Positions 8,607-17,795 of a stretch of DNA of 32,342 nt are shown one piece after another; within the stretch, counting starts at the first letter, position 1, and every line of letters begins with the position of its first letter. The stretch spans positions 1-32,342 of the forward strand of contig JAGWFU010000001.1 of NCBI GenBank assembly GCA_028867845.1, written 5' to 3'. A program made the translations under genes and the position numbers. Under the pieces are notes generated by a model that saw only the letters and a program-made list of their open reading frames with translations, had not been told where the DNA came from and searched no databases. Source of the DNA: Candidatus Micrarchaeota archaeon (GTDB lineage: Archaea > Micrarchaeota > Micrarchaeia > Micrarchaeales > Micrarchaeaceae).

Positions 8607-10658
8607 ATGGCTAATGTTAACGAAATCAAGGTCGAGGGCGTAAAGGCCCAGGTGCAGACTCAGACCCAGGTGCAGCCGCAGGCGCAGCAGCCCATGGATC
8701 CCGCCCTGGCACCCTACCACAGGACCATGGAGGAGATAGAGGCCATGCCTGTGATAGAGAAGACCATGACGGTATGCCCTGAGTGCAAGCTCATAGTCAA
8801 CGGAATAATATACAAGGACGGGGACAACGTGATGATAAGGAAGCACTGCCCCGAGCACAACTGGACAATTGAGAAATATTGGGAAGACTACGACATGTAC
8901 ATGAAGATGAGGCGTTACAATTACTTCGGAAGGGGATTCGACAACCCCAACTTCATAACCGAGACGAAGGGGGCGAACTGCCCCTTCGACTGCGGAATGT
9001 GCGAGAGGCACAAGTCCCACACCGGATTGGCCAACGTCGTGGTAACGAACAGGTGCCACCTGTCGTGCTGGTACTGCTTCTTCTATGCGAAGGAGGGAGA
9101 GCCGATCTACGAGCCCTCCACTGACGAGCTCAGGAAGATATTCAAGAACCTGAGGAACCAGAAGCCCATACCTGCCAACGCGCTCCAGATAACTGGAGGA
9201 GAGCCGACCATGCACCCCGACATAGTGGGTGTAATCCAGGCGGCGAAGGAGGAGGGATTCGACCAGATCCAGCTCAACACGACTGGAATAAACCTTGCGC
9301 TGAACCCTGAGCTGGCGTACAAGATAAAGCACGCGGGCGCGGGAACTCTGTACCTCAGCTACGACGGAGTGAGCAAGAGGGCGAACCCCAAGAACCACTG
9401 GGAGGCCCCGCTCACGCTGGACGTGGCGAGGAAGGCCCACATAAACGTGGTGCTGGTACCCACTGTAATAAGGACGATAAACGACCACGAGCTGGGCTCG
9501 ATAATCAACTTCGCGCTCAACAACACCGACGTCATAAAGGCGGTGAACTTCCAGCCGGTATCGCTGGTGGGAAGGATGCCTACGAGGCTGAGGGAGAAGC
9601 AGAGGATATCGATTCCGGGAGCGATCAAGCTGATAGAGAAGCAGACCAACGGCGTGATAAGGAAGGAGCACTGGTTCTCGGTGCCTTACGTCGGAGGGAT
9701 AAACAAGTTCATAGAGGCGCTCACTGGAGAGTACAAGTACGACCTCTCCATACACTTCGCGTGCGGAGCTGGCTGCTACATATTCCTCGACAGCGACAAC
9801 AAGATAATACCGGTCACTGAGTTCGTCGACGCCGCAGGAATGCTCGACCACCTGCAGAAGGCGGTCAACGAGATGGAGGGCAAGGGCAAGCTCGCGAGGA
9901 AGGCCATCGCGGTCAAGACGCTTCTGGGCATAACCAAGTTCATAGACAAGAAGAAGCAGCCCAAGTCGGTCAACTTCATGAAGCTGCTGATGTCGATATT
10001 CACGAAGCACGACTTCGGCTCGATGGGAACGCTGCAGATGAAGTCCCTCTTCTTGGGGATGATGCACTTCCAGGACGAGTACACATACGACATCCACAGG
10101 GTCGAGAAGTGCGACATACACTACGCGATGCCCGACGGAGAGGTTCTCCCGTTCTGCACGTTCAACGTCTTCCCAGAGGTATACAGGGACAAGGTGCAGA
10201 AGCAGTACTCAATCCCGACCAAGGAGTGGAGCAAGACCCACCCGAGCTGGGGATACTCCAAGGACAAGTACATAAGGAACGTCAAGGAGTGGGAGGCCAC
10301 AGAGCCTTACAGGAGGACCTACGGCATGATGAAGGACTACTTCGCCATGCAGGTAAACGGAGGGATTCCGGTGGCGAACTTCGCCAACGAGAAGTTCGAC
10401 GGAGTTGCACCAGCAGTCGCTGCAAAGCAGCAGGTCGCCGTTATGGCAGCACAGCCTGCAGCTCACCAGGAGCAGACCATGAAGGTCGCTCCCTCTACTG
10501 CAGCTACTCATGCAGCAGTCCACCACGCCCACGAGGAGCACTCCGAGAAGAAGGAGGGAGACTCATGCGGCTGCGGAGGCGGGTCATGCGGATGCGGCAA
10601 GGGAGCCGAGGCTGAGGGCGATTCGTGCGGCTGCGGAAGCGGCTCGTGCGGATGCTGA
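8607..10658 (+). CDS. tes: Radical SAM tetraether lipid synthase (Tes / GDGT-MAS family) with Cys/His-rich C-terminal extension
   Basis: Rubredoxin-like CPEC...KHCPEH; CPFDCGMC..H auxiliary cluster; TNRCHLSCWYCF radical SAM motif; TGGEPT; VNFQPVSLVGR; MHFQDEYTYD..RV.KC.IHYA.PDG.VLPFC. Confidence 0.88.
   Translation: MANVNEIKVEGVKAQVQTQTQVQPQAQQPMDPALAPYHRTMEEIEAMPVIEKTMTVCPECKLIVNGIIYKDGDNVMIRKHCPEHNWTIEKYWEDYDMYMKMRRYNYFGRGFDNPNFITETKGANCPFDCGMCERHKSHTGLANVVVTNRCHLSCWYCFFYAKEGEPIYEPSTDELRKIFKNLRNQKPIPANALQITGGEPTMHPDIVGVIQAAKEEGFDQIQLNTTGINLALNPELAYKIKHAGAGTLYLSYDGVSKRANPKNHWEAPLTLDVARKAHINVVLVPTVIRTINDHELGSIINFALNNTDVIKAVNFQPVSLVGRMPTRLREKQRISIPGAIKLIEKQTNGVIRKEHWFSVPYVGGINKFIEALTGEYKYDLSIHFACGAGCYIFLDSDNKIIPVTEFVDAAGMLDHLQKAVNEMEGKGKLARKAIAVKTLLGITKFIDKKKQPKSVNFMKLLMSIFTKHDFGSMGTLQMKSLFLGMMHFQDEYTYDIHRVEKCDIHYAMPDGEVLPFCTFNVFPEVYRDKVQKQYSIPTKEWSKTHPSWGYSKDKYIRNVKEWEATEPYRRTYGMMKDYFAMQVNGGIPVANFANEKFDGVAPAVAAKQQVAVMAAQPAAHQEQTMKVAPSTAATHAAVHHAHEEHSEKKEGDSCGCGGGSCGCGKGAEAEGDSCGCGSGSCGC
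10554..10655 (+). repeat. Two copies of EGDSCGCG(G/S)GSCGC, 60-nt period, in the tes 3' end
   Basis: 10554-10595 and 10614-10655 encode near-identical 14-aa units with synonymous differences. Confidence 0.9.
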
Positions 10659-10693
10659 GACGCAGCTTCGCTACTAATTAGTCAGTGCTTCAT

Positions 10694-11389
10694 ATGGACC
10701 ATACAACTGCAGGACCGGAGGCAAAGCAGGCGGAGGAGGAGAACGCAAACTTCAACGCCTACGTCACCGAGGATGGCAAGCAGTACAGGGTCCCATACAG
10801 GATGATTAAGAGGCTAATTTTCTCCAACGTCAAGAAGGAGGAGCTGCAGGACATACAGCACTCAGCAAGATTGCAGTACAGGCTCATGCTGATGGATCCA
10901 GTGATCAAGGCGAACGTCAACTTCACCAAGAGGATCATAACGATTCTGTACAACCCCAAGACTGCGGAGAACATAAGGGAGAAGACCAGCAGCGAGGAGC
11001 TCATCCAGTTCCTCGCCAAGCAGGGGGTAAACGTCGACACCAACTCGATGGCCGAGGAGGACTACGACTACTACAAGAACCTCTACACCTACGCCTACAT
11101 GCCCCCCACGATCAGGGAGACAACTCCATACGGATACACGAAGGAAGAGTGGCTCAAGATAAGGGACGACTGGAAGACGAAGATGACGAAGGTCGAGGCC
11201 GGCAAGCTGGGCAAGCACAGGGAGTGGCAGGACAGCTACCTTGAGGAGAATCCCGAGATAGCCAAGGTGATAGCGCCCGAGTTCAAGCCCAAGGCCGCGG
11301 CGGTGGTCAAGAAGTCGCTGCTCGGCGGCATATTGGGGAACAAGGAGGCCAAGAAGAAGGAGAAGGGATTCTGGTTCCACGGAATCTGA
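10694..11389 (+). CDS. Hypothetical protein, possible HMA/ferredoxin-like fold lacking CxxC
   Basis: Likely start ATG 10694. VIKANVNFTKRIITILYNP...EELIQFL...GV resembles the second half of HMA domains. Typical genome codon use. Confidence 0.65.
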   Translation: MDHTTAGPEAKQAEEENANFNAYVTEDGKQYRVPYRMIKRLIFSNVKKEELQDIQHSARLQYRLMLMDPVIKANVNFTKRIITILYNPKTAENIREKTSSEELIQFLAKQGVNVDTNSMAEEDYDYYKNLYTYAYMPPTIRETTPYGYTKEEWLKIRDDWKTKMTKVEAGKLGKHREWQDSYLEENPEIAKVIAPEFKPKAAAVVKKSLLGGILGNKEAKKKEKGFWFHGI

Positions 11390-11404
11390 TTTTTCAGTGA
11401 GCGG

Positions 11405-12085
11405 ATGCAGAAGACACTCGTACTTATAGACCCGGACAGGGCGCTGGTCAGGGAGGCCAAGAACGTATCCCAGTACTACATGGAGGGGATAAGGATGGTC
11501 TACGGCGTCTACATGGAGGACATAAACCTCGACGAGTTCGTGGGCAGGACGACGCAGGAGACTGTGATAGAGCTGCTCCAGAGGAACGGAGTGCCGCAGG
11601 AGGAGATAAACGAGAAGCTCCACGTATTCGCGGAAGAGCTGCCGTACGAGCACTACAACGTAGCGGGCCACGACGCCGCCATTCTTGGCGACGGGACAAA
11701 GGACGCTTTAGAGAGATTGTCTAAGGACAACGACATAATATTGGGCGCGGCATCGGGCCAGCTAGAGAGGATACTCAAGAACATGTTCGAGCGTGCAGGG
11801 CTGAAGATGGAGTCGTATTTCAAGTTCGGAGCGTACGGCGACGCGGCGGTAGGGATGGAGGGCATACTCAACGCAGCCCTGGGCAAGGCGAACGGATTCG
11901 GCATTCCGAAGGAGAGGATATTCTTTGTCGGGTACTCGCCGCAGTCCATAACGGCTGCAAAGGCGCTGGGCATACGCACCATCGGCATATCCACTGACTA
12001 CTTCTTCAAGGAGCAGCTATCCCACGCCGGGGCAGAGCAGGTTACGAAGAGCCCGAGGGACATACCTAAGCTTACCAGAAACTGA
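11405..12085 (+). CDS. HAD superfamily hydrolase-like protein
   Basis: LVLIDPDRAL (motif I-like), GRT cap, LGAASG, YFKFGAYGD, FFVGYS...AAKALG, GAEQV. Confidence 0.8.
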   Translation: MQKTLVLIDPDRALVREAKNVSQYYMEGIRMVYGVYMEDINLDEFVGRTTQETVIELLQRNGVPQEEINEKLHVFAEELPYEHYNVAGHDAAILGDGTKDALERLSKDNDIILGAASGQLERILKNMFERAGLKMESYFKFGAYGDAAVGMEGILNAALGKANGFGIPKERIFFVGYSPQSITAAKALGIRTIGISTDYFFKEQLSHAGAEQVTKSPRDIPKLTRN

Positions 12086-12142
12086 GCCGCAGGAAGATAC
12101 CTATTTATACCTGCGATTTCCCATAGCTAATCGAGTGATTCG

Positions 12143-14761
12143 TTGGAAGGCAGGGTCAAGGCGCAATCCGCGATGGAGTATCTCTCCACCTACGGCTGGG
12201 CGATACTCGTAATAGTGATTGTCGCAGCGCTTCTGTACCTGTACTCCTCGACGCCATCAACCGTCGTACCCACCTCCTGCAAATTCATAAGCGGGGTGTA
12301 CTGCAACGACATAGTGCTGGGCACCAACGCGATGACCAAGGCCACTACGGTCGGGCTGTTCCTAACTAACTCCCAACCCTACCCTATGGCCAAGCCCTAC
12401 TTCTTCGCGAAGGTCGCGGGCGCGAACACCACAGGCACATCATGCTCGCCCAACTACGTCCTCGCCGGAGGCTCAATGGTCTGCGTGCTCAACCTGCCAG
12501 TATCAACCACGATGGGCCAGTTCCTTGCAGGCAACCTTTACCTGAATGCGACTTACTGCGGGCTGCAGCCCAACTACTCGCAGGCGAACCTGTGCAACAC
12601 AGCGCCAAGGCAGACCTACATAGGGATCTTCAATTCGCACGCAGAGCCGCTCATAAGCACTAACACTATAATAACTCTGGCAGCCGCCAACGCCACGCAG
12701 TCGGCCAACGGCGCGCTTGACCCGCTGATAGCTACTGTCACGCTTCTCGGATACCCGCTCTCAGGGGCGTCTGTGAACTTCACGGCGAACGTCCCCGGCT
12801 ATCCACTGTCGCCCAACTTCACGACTACGAACACCACAGGGAAGGCACTCAGCCACATATCAGGCACCAGGACAGGCAACGTGCTCGTGACCGCAGCGTA
12901 CGCAGGTGAGGACGCCAACGCTGTGGTGCAGTTCGTGCCTGCGACAAACGTAAAGTTCGCTGTCACGGGATTCCCCTACTGCTCTACAGCAGGCCAGATA
13001 ATAACTATCGACGGGACTGGTTACACCTGCGGCCAACTCACATCGACGACCTTTTCGTGGGGCGCTGGAAGCGTCCACTCCTGCGTAGTCAACGCGATAG
13101 TGCCTGACACCTCAACCATAAGGGGGGCGTGCAAGACCACTGGAGTCTACTGCTCGGCGAACTCCAACGCCGTCATAACGATCAACTGCACGCCCCAGTA
13201 CTACCTCACCGAGTCCGCAAGCCCGCCCGCCGGCGGGTCTATATCCCCCGGCAGCAACTGGTACAACAACACCACTCCTGTAAGCATAAGCACGGCCAAC
13301 AGCGTGGGATACACCTTCCAGGGATGGGCAGGCTCAGGCACCGTGTCCTACACCGGCTCCTCCAACCCCGCCACAGTGACGATGGACTCGCCGGTTGCCG
13401 AGCAGGCCACATACTCGCTGCAGGCGACGTTCTTCGAGAGCGGCCTCGCCGGCGGCACATCGTGGGCAGTGACGCTCAACGGCAACACCCTCTCCACTAC
13501 GGGCACGTCCATAACCTTCACCGGCCTGCCGTCTGGCTCGTTCCCGTGGAGCACCAACGCCGTGGTATCCTGCGGCACTGGGTGCCAGTACCTGGCGTCG
13601 CCCACATCGGGCATGGTATCGACTACGGGCGGTTCCGCGTCCCAGACGGTAACATACACGCCCCAGTACTACCTCACGATGGCAGCTGGGGCAAACGGGG
13701 CTGTCTCGCCATCGAGCGAGTGGCAGAACTCTGGCAACGTGGTGACCATAACAGCCACGCCCAACGCCAATTTTGCGTTTAGCGGCTGGACAGGCACTGG
13801 TTCGGGTTCCTACTCCGGGACAGCGAACCCCTCTACAGTGACAATGAACGGGGCGGTATCGGAGACCGCAGCATTCGCATTCCAGACTACTTACAATCCC
13901 GCGAGCGGCAACTACGCCGGCGATGTGATATTCAGCTCGTCCACAACACTTACCGGCGCCGTCATCGCCTCTAACATGGTGCTGGTGCAGAGCGGCGTTA
14001 CCGTTAATGAGAATGGTCAGTATCTGGAGGGCAACATACTGGTGCAGAATGTGGGCACTATCAATGATGGCTATGACGGCGGCGCCGGAGGTGCTGGGGG
14101 CACTGCTGGTGGCACAGGCGGCAACGGCGGGGCAGGTGGCGCACTAAAAAGCATGACAAGTGCATATTTCAGCCAAATGCTTACAGGTGGACATGGTGGC
14201 AATGGCGGCGGGGGCGGGGGCGGGGACTGCAGCTATTGCGGCAGCGCCTATGGCGGTATTGGTGGTGCTGGCGGAGCGGGAGGAGGCATAGTTCAAATTT
14301 ATTCAGGAAATGTGATTAACCAAGGAATAGTCACTGTTAGCGGCGGCAATGGGCTGCCTGGTGGCTCGGTGAGCGGGGCAGGTGGCGGGGGCGGCGGGGC
14401 AGGTGGCGGGGGCGGCACAATCTTGATAGGGTACGGTGGTAGCTTTACCGCAGGCACGCTATACTATGGCAAGGGTACCGACGCCATTGGTGGAACAGGA
14501 ACCGGCGGTTCAATTACAGAAGGTTCTGGCGGTTCTACTGGTGGAGGCGGAGGAGGCCAAGGCACGACCATCCCATCAGGCAGCCCCTGCAACGAATATA
14601 TAGGAGGAAGTGGCGGCAACGGCGGTGGCGGCGCTGCAGGCGGTGCTGGCGGGGTAGGAAACAACTGCGGCCCATCTAGCCCTGCCGGCGGCAACGGGGC
14701 CTCTGGGACCAATACAAATTCTGCTGGGCAACTGATTACAAAATCGGGATGGACGCCTTAA
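12143..14761 (+). CDS. Large pilin-signal (class III) surface protein/adhesin A: Ig-like, InlB-B/Flg_new-like repeats, thermopsin-type repeat, Gly-rich tip
   Basis: TTG start, KA|QSAMEYLSTYGWAIL signal; Big_1-like ATVT..PLSGASVNFT..TTNTTGKA; two YYLT...SP...W......V.I.......F.GW.G.G..SY.G..NP.TVTM repeats; FFESGLAGGTSWAVTLNG; Gly-rich C-terminus. Confidence 0.85.
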   Translation: MEGRVKAQSAMEYLSTYGWAILVIVIVAALLYLYSSTPSTVVPTSCKFISGVYCNDIVLGTNAMTKATTVGLFLTNSQPYPMAKPYFFAKVAGANTTGTSCSPNYVLAGGSMVCVLNLPVSTTMGQFLAGNLYLNATYCGLQPNYSQANLCNTAPRQTYIGIFNSHAEPLISTNTIITLAAANATQSANGALDPLIATVTLLGYPLSGASVNFTANVPGYPLSPNFTTTNTTGKALSHISGTRTGNVLVTAAYAGEDANAVVQFVPATNVKFAVTGFPYCSTAGQIITIDGTGYTCGQLTSTTFSWGAGSVHSCVVNAIVPDTSTIRGACKTTGVYCSANSNAVITINCTPQYYLTESASPPAGGSISPGSNWYNNTTPVSISTANSVGYTFQGWAGSGTVSYTGSSNPATVTMDSPVAEQATYSLQATFFESGLAGGTSWAVTLNGNTLSTTGTSITFTGLPSGSFPWSTNAVVSCGTGCQYLASPTSGMVSTTGGSASQTVTYTPQYYLTMAAGANGAVSPSSEWQNSGNVVTITATPNANFAFSGWTGTGSGSYSGTANPSTVTMNGAVSETAAFAFQTTYNPASGNYAGDVIFSSSTTLTGAVIASNMVLVQSGVTVNENGQYLEGNILVQNVGTINDGYDGGAGGAGGTAGGTGGNGGAGGALKSMTSAYFSQMLTGGHGGNGGGGGGGDCSYCGSAYGGIGGAGGAGGGIVQIYSGNVINQGIVTVSGGNGLPGGSVSGAGGGGGGAGGGGGTILIGYGGSFTAGTLYYGKGTDAIGGTGTGGSITEGSGGSTGGGGGGQGTTIPSGSPCNEYIGGSGGNGGGGAAGGAGGVGNNCGPSSPAGGNGASGTNTNSAGQLITKSGWTP

Positions 14762-14769
14762 TTACTAGG

Positions 14770-15080
14770 CCGGTTAGGTATCGCACTCAGACAGCAACTG
14801 ACTACTTCTCCTCTCCAAGGATCAGCTATCGCAGCGGGGTGCGGAGCAGTAACCAAGAGCTCTAAGGACATCCCGATACTCGTGAGGGGTTGAGCCCACA
14901 GGGAAGGGGGCACAATCAATACTTATCCCACATGCGCCCTGTGTGTCAAATACGGGGCGACGGGAGCTCCTGCAACTATCAAGGCTGCACTGACAACGGT
15001 AGTGCAGGAGACTGAGGCACAGCCATAATAGCTTTCGACGCCCTTGGGCACGGAAACCCATAGATGATGCCCGATACTAT
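14770..15080 (+). ncRNA. Candidate structured non-coding RNA (element A), class unknown
   Basis: About 300 nt without a credible ORF. Stems 14778-83/14874-79, 14783-88/14837-42, 14897-903/14937-43, 14955-68/15030-43 and 14969-80/14998-15008. G-U pairs favour the + strand. Confidence 0.5.
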
Positions 15081-15113
15081 TTTTAAGATGAGCATGCAAA
15101 GCTGTATGATTAG

Positions 15114-15770
15114 ATGGCGGTAAAGCGGCTCTTCGAGAACGTCTATCTGATAGACGGGAAGCTGGCCACCCCGAACCTGAAGAGGGGCAAGAGGGTATAC
15201 AACGAGGAGCTGGTGCAGGTCGACAGCACAGAGTACAGGCTGTGGAACCCCTACAGGAGCAAGCTCGCCGCTGCGATACTCAACGGCATGAAGAACATGT
15301 CGATAAAGGAGGGCTCGGACGTGCTCTACGTGGGAGCGGCGACGGGCACCACGGTCAGCCACGTGAGCGACATAGTCAAGGGGGGCAGCGTCTTCGCCGT
15401 GGAGCTGGCGGAGAGGAACATGAGGAACCTGTTGGAGCTCTGCGACGCCAGGGACAATATAATGCCCATACTCTCCGATGCGAGGCAGACCGAGAACTAC
15501 GAGTCCGTCGTGGGCAAGGTGGACGTCATGTACCAGGACGTATCGGCGAAGGAGCAGGCCGCCATTCTGCTTGCCAACAGCAGGTTCCTGAAGGAGGGAG
15601 GCATAGCATACTTCATAATAAAGTCGCAGAGCGTAGACATATCGAAGAGGCCGAAGGAGGTGTACGAGCAGGAGCTGAAGCTGCTCGAGGGTGCCTTCAA
15701 GATAGAGGAGCGCATAAGCCTAGAGCCCTATGACTCTATGCATCTGTTCGCGGTGCTGAGGAAGGTGTGA
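15114..15770 (+). CDS. flpA: Fibrillarin-like rRNA/tRNA 2'-O-methyltransferase
   Basis: VYNEEL, EYRLWNPYRSKLAAAI, VLYVGAATGTTVSHVSDIV, NIMPILSDAR, VDVMYQDVS, LEPYD..H. Confidence 0.96.
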   Translation: MAVKRLFENVYLIDGKLATPNLKRGKRVYNEELVQVDSTEYRLWNPYRSKLAAAILNGMKNMSIKEGSDVLYVGAATGTTVSHVSDIVKGGSVFAVELAERNMRNLLELCDARDNIMPILSDARQTENYESVVGKVDVMYQDVSAKEQAAILLANSRFLKEGGIAYFIIKSQSVDISKRPKEVYEQELKLLEGAFKIEERISLEPYDSMHLFAVLRKV

Positions 15771-16594
15771 GGATGGACCAGAGGAGGTACATGGATTATA
15801 TCTCAAAGTTTGCCACAGCTACGCGGCTCCTCTGCATACACTGTGGGGCAGAGACCCCATCATTGGGGCAGTTCTCCCTATGCTCAGCGTGCGAGAACAT
15901 AGTCGACACAACTGCTGACGCGGCGGCAAAGACGCCAGCAATGGCAGACTCGATAAGGCAGATAAAGGCTCTTGTCGACTCGGGGAATTTCGACGCTGCG
16001 ATTGCGGCATACAAGGGAATAGACCCGACGATGGAGGAGCCGGCACTGCTGTACGCGCTGGCGCTGCTGTACATAAGATACTCCAACAGCGTGCTCGGCG
16101 GAGTCAATTACACAAAGCAGGGATTCATGTACGAGAACATCGATATGCGGGACAGGTCGCTGGCACTGATATCGCTGTCGAAGAGGATGCTTGCCAGGGC
16201 GATAGTGCTTCTCACTGCATCTCTTGCAAAAGGAGAGGAGTACAGGCAGCGTTACCTCCTGCTGCTGTGCCAGATTAAGTTCGGGAAGATCAGGGGAGCA
16301 AGCGAGAGCATTGAGGCACTGAAGAAGTCCAGCCAGCCCGCATTGGCGTCCTACGCATCCCTTCTGCTTGACGCGAAGAGCGGAGAGATGGAGCCCATGC
16401 GCGCGGCCATCGAAGAGATGGAGAGATCGGGAAACATATTCGTTAATACCTTATTTTACGATGCGTACTTGGACTTGAAGGAGAGGAAGGCGGATTCTGC
16501 AAGAATGAAGCTTGCTGCGCTCTCGGCGTACTCGGAGAGCCAGAGTATTGAGGCCTTGATGGAAGAGATAAAGGAGGCCTTGGACCCGCAGTGA
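15767..16594 (+). CDS. Hypothetical protein: N-terminal zinc ribbon plus TPR-like helices
   Basis: CIHC-x10-CSAC followed by Ala/Leu/Tyr-rich helical repeats. GTGA overlap with the fibrillarin stop. Confidence 0.7.
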   Translation: MRMDQRRYMDYISKFATATRLLCIHCGAETPSLGQFSLCSACENIVDTTADAAAKTPAMADSIRQIKALVDSGNFDAAIAAYKGIDPTMEEPALLYALALLYIRYSNSVLGGVNYTKQGFMYENIDMRDRSLALISLSKRMLARAIVLLTASLAKGEEYRQRYLLLLCQIKFGKIRGASESIEALKKSSQPALASYASLLLDAKSGEMEPMRAAIEEMERSGNIFVNTLFYDAYLDLKERKADSARMKLAALSAYSESQSIEALMEEIKEALDPQ

Positions 16595-16600
16595 TTCAAT

Positions 16601-17203
16601 TCACTGCTTGTAGGAGATTGATACCTGGTTGTTGTAAAGAAGCGCGTTCTGCGTGAGCAGCGCCCGTACAGTCACGCCTATGATTGAGTTTATCGGTATG
16701 AGCGGCGTGAAGTTCAGCGGGTATGTGCCGTTTATCGGCACAGCAAACTCCTGACTGCCAACGAGGAGGTTCGACTTGCCGGTCAATCTTGCGTTGGCAG
16801 TGGCCATGATCGTTATTGCGTTGGTCGAGTTAAGTTGACTGTAGAGCGTCTGCTGGAGCGAGTACGCGCTAATCCCCCCCAAAACGATCTCGTACTCGGC
16901 GCCGTTGCTTATGTAGTTCTGGATGGTCCCGCTGTTCCTCAGAGCCGAGAGAGTGCCGAGAACTGAGTTTGTGACCTCGGGGCTGTTCGAGTTGATCCCC
17001 AGCATCGCAGTGCTGGAGTAGCCGGCTATGACCACGTTGGCAGTGCCCGCTGCGAAGAAGCTCTGCTCCTGTATCGAGCTGGTAGTGGAGCTTGAAGCCA
17101 CTGCTGGCGCGTTGCTGCTGATCCCGAGGTAGGAGAATATGAACATCAGCCCTATGAAGACGGAGCCAGCAAACAGCAGCTTCTTCTTTCTCTTCTCCTC
17201 CAT
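16601..17203 (-). CDS. Hypothetical membrane-anchored exported protein
   Basis: Basic N-terminus, one TM helix, S/T linker, N/S-rich ectodomain. Starts 7 nt after the FKBP stop. Confidence 0.75.
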   Translation of the reverse strand: MEEKRKKKLLFAGSVFIGLMFIFSYLGISSNAPAVASSSTTSSIQEQSFFAAGTANVVIAGYSSTAMLGINSNSPEVTNSVLGTLSALRNSGTIQNYISNGAEYEIVLGGISAYSLQQTLYSQLNSTNAITIMATANARLTGKSNLLVGSQEFAVPINGTYPLNFTPLIPINSIIGVTVRALLTQNALLYNNQVSISYKQ

Positions 17204-17210
17204 GCGCGCT

Positions 17211-17795
17211 TCAGCTCTTCTGCTTCGCCTCCTCAGGCCTCACGTACTCTTCGTCGATGTCCACCTTGCCCACGTTCTTGAAGTAGGTGAAGATGCCAGC
17301 GACAAGGTTGGCCTTGCCCATGAAATAATCAGCGTTCTTCTTTACCGAGTTGTCGAAGCTCAGCCTGACATCCTTGTCCTTCACATCGATCTTTGTTACA
17401 TCAAGGCCGGTCATCTTGCCGAGTGCAGATATCTTCTCCTTGTCGTCGGTGAGGTTCTTCACTACCTTGACCTCGTATGTTATCTCCCTGCCCGCGAGCG
17501 GGTGGTTTGCGTCCACTACCACTCTTCCGGAGTTGACGCTCTTCACTATCGCGGTCATGTTGTCCAGGTTCACCTGAAGACCCGGATACGGATCTATATC
17601 GTGCTTCCTGAACTCCGCAATCGGCATTATCCTGACGAGGTCCTCCATGCGCTCGCCGAACGCCTCATCGGGCTTAAATGTGGCCTTCTTGCTCTCGTTG
17701 ATGCCCATAGAGTGCAGCTCCCTGTCGAGCCCCTTTATCACTCCCTTGCTGCCCAGAACCACGAGCACCGGCCCGTAGCTGTTCTCCTTCTCGTG
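17211..17795 (-). pseudogene. slyD: Archaeal long-type FKBP peptidyl-prolyl isomerase (SlyD-like), native 5' end missing
   Basis: YGPVLVVLG...VIKGLD, PDEAFGER, GRVVVDANHPLAGREITYEVKV are present. The expected N-terminal strands are absent; sequence beyond about 17795 is the antisense of an adhesin fragment. A GTG at 17852 could give a chimeric ORF. Confidence 0.8.

Noticed and set aside
8409..10121. 570-aa minus-strand ORF opposite tes, and similar shadow ORFs (10862-11671, 30703-31374, 23066-23716)
   Set aside because: Antisense to well-supported genes with strong codon bias, which suppresses antisense stops; no motifs recognised.
14080..14710. GGC-rich runs as a tandem repeat or CRISPR array
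   Set aside because: They are explained by glycine codons; no constant repeat-spacer periodicity was seen anywhere in the window.
14833..14900. tRNA-like words (AGCGGGGTG..GAGCAG..AGCTC, GGGGTTGAGCCC)
   Set aside because: No acceptor stem closure or proper TTCRA loop; a cloverleaf could not be built.
14770..15080. Element A as SRP RNA or RNase P RNA
   Set aside because: The size fits, but I could not find the SRP helix-8 CAGG/GGAA/AGCA arrangement or the RNase P GAGGAA..UC and ACANAA....GCUUA motifs on either strand; left unclassified.
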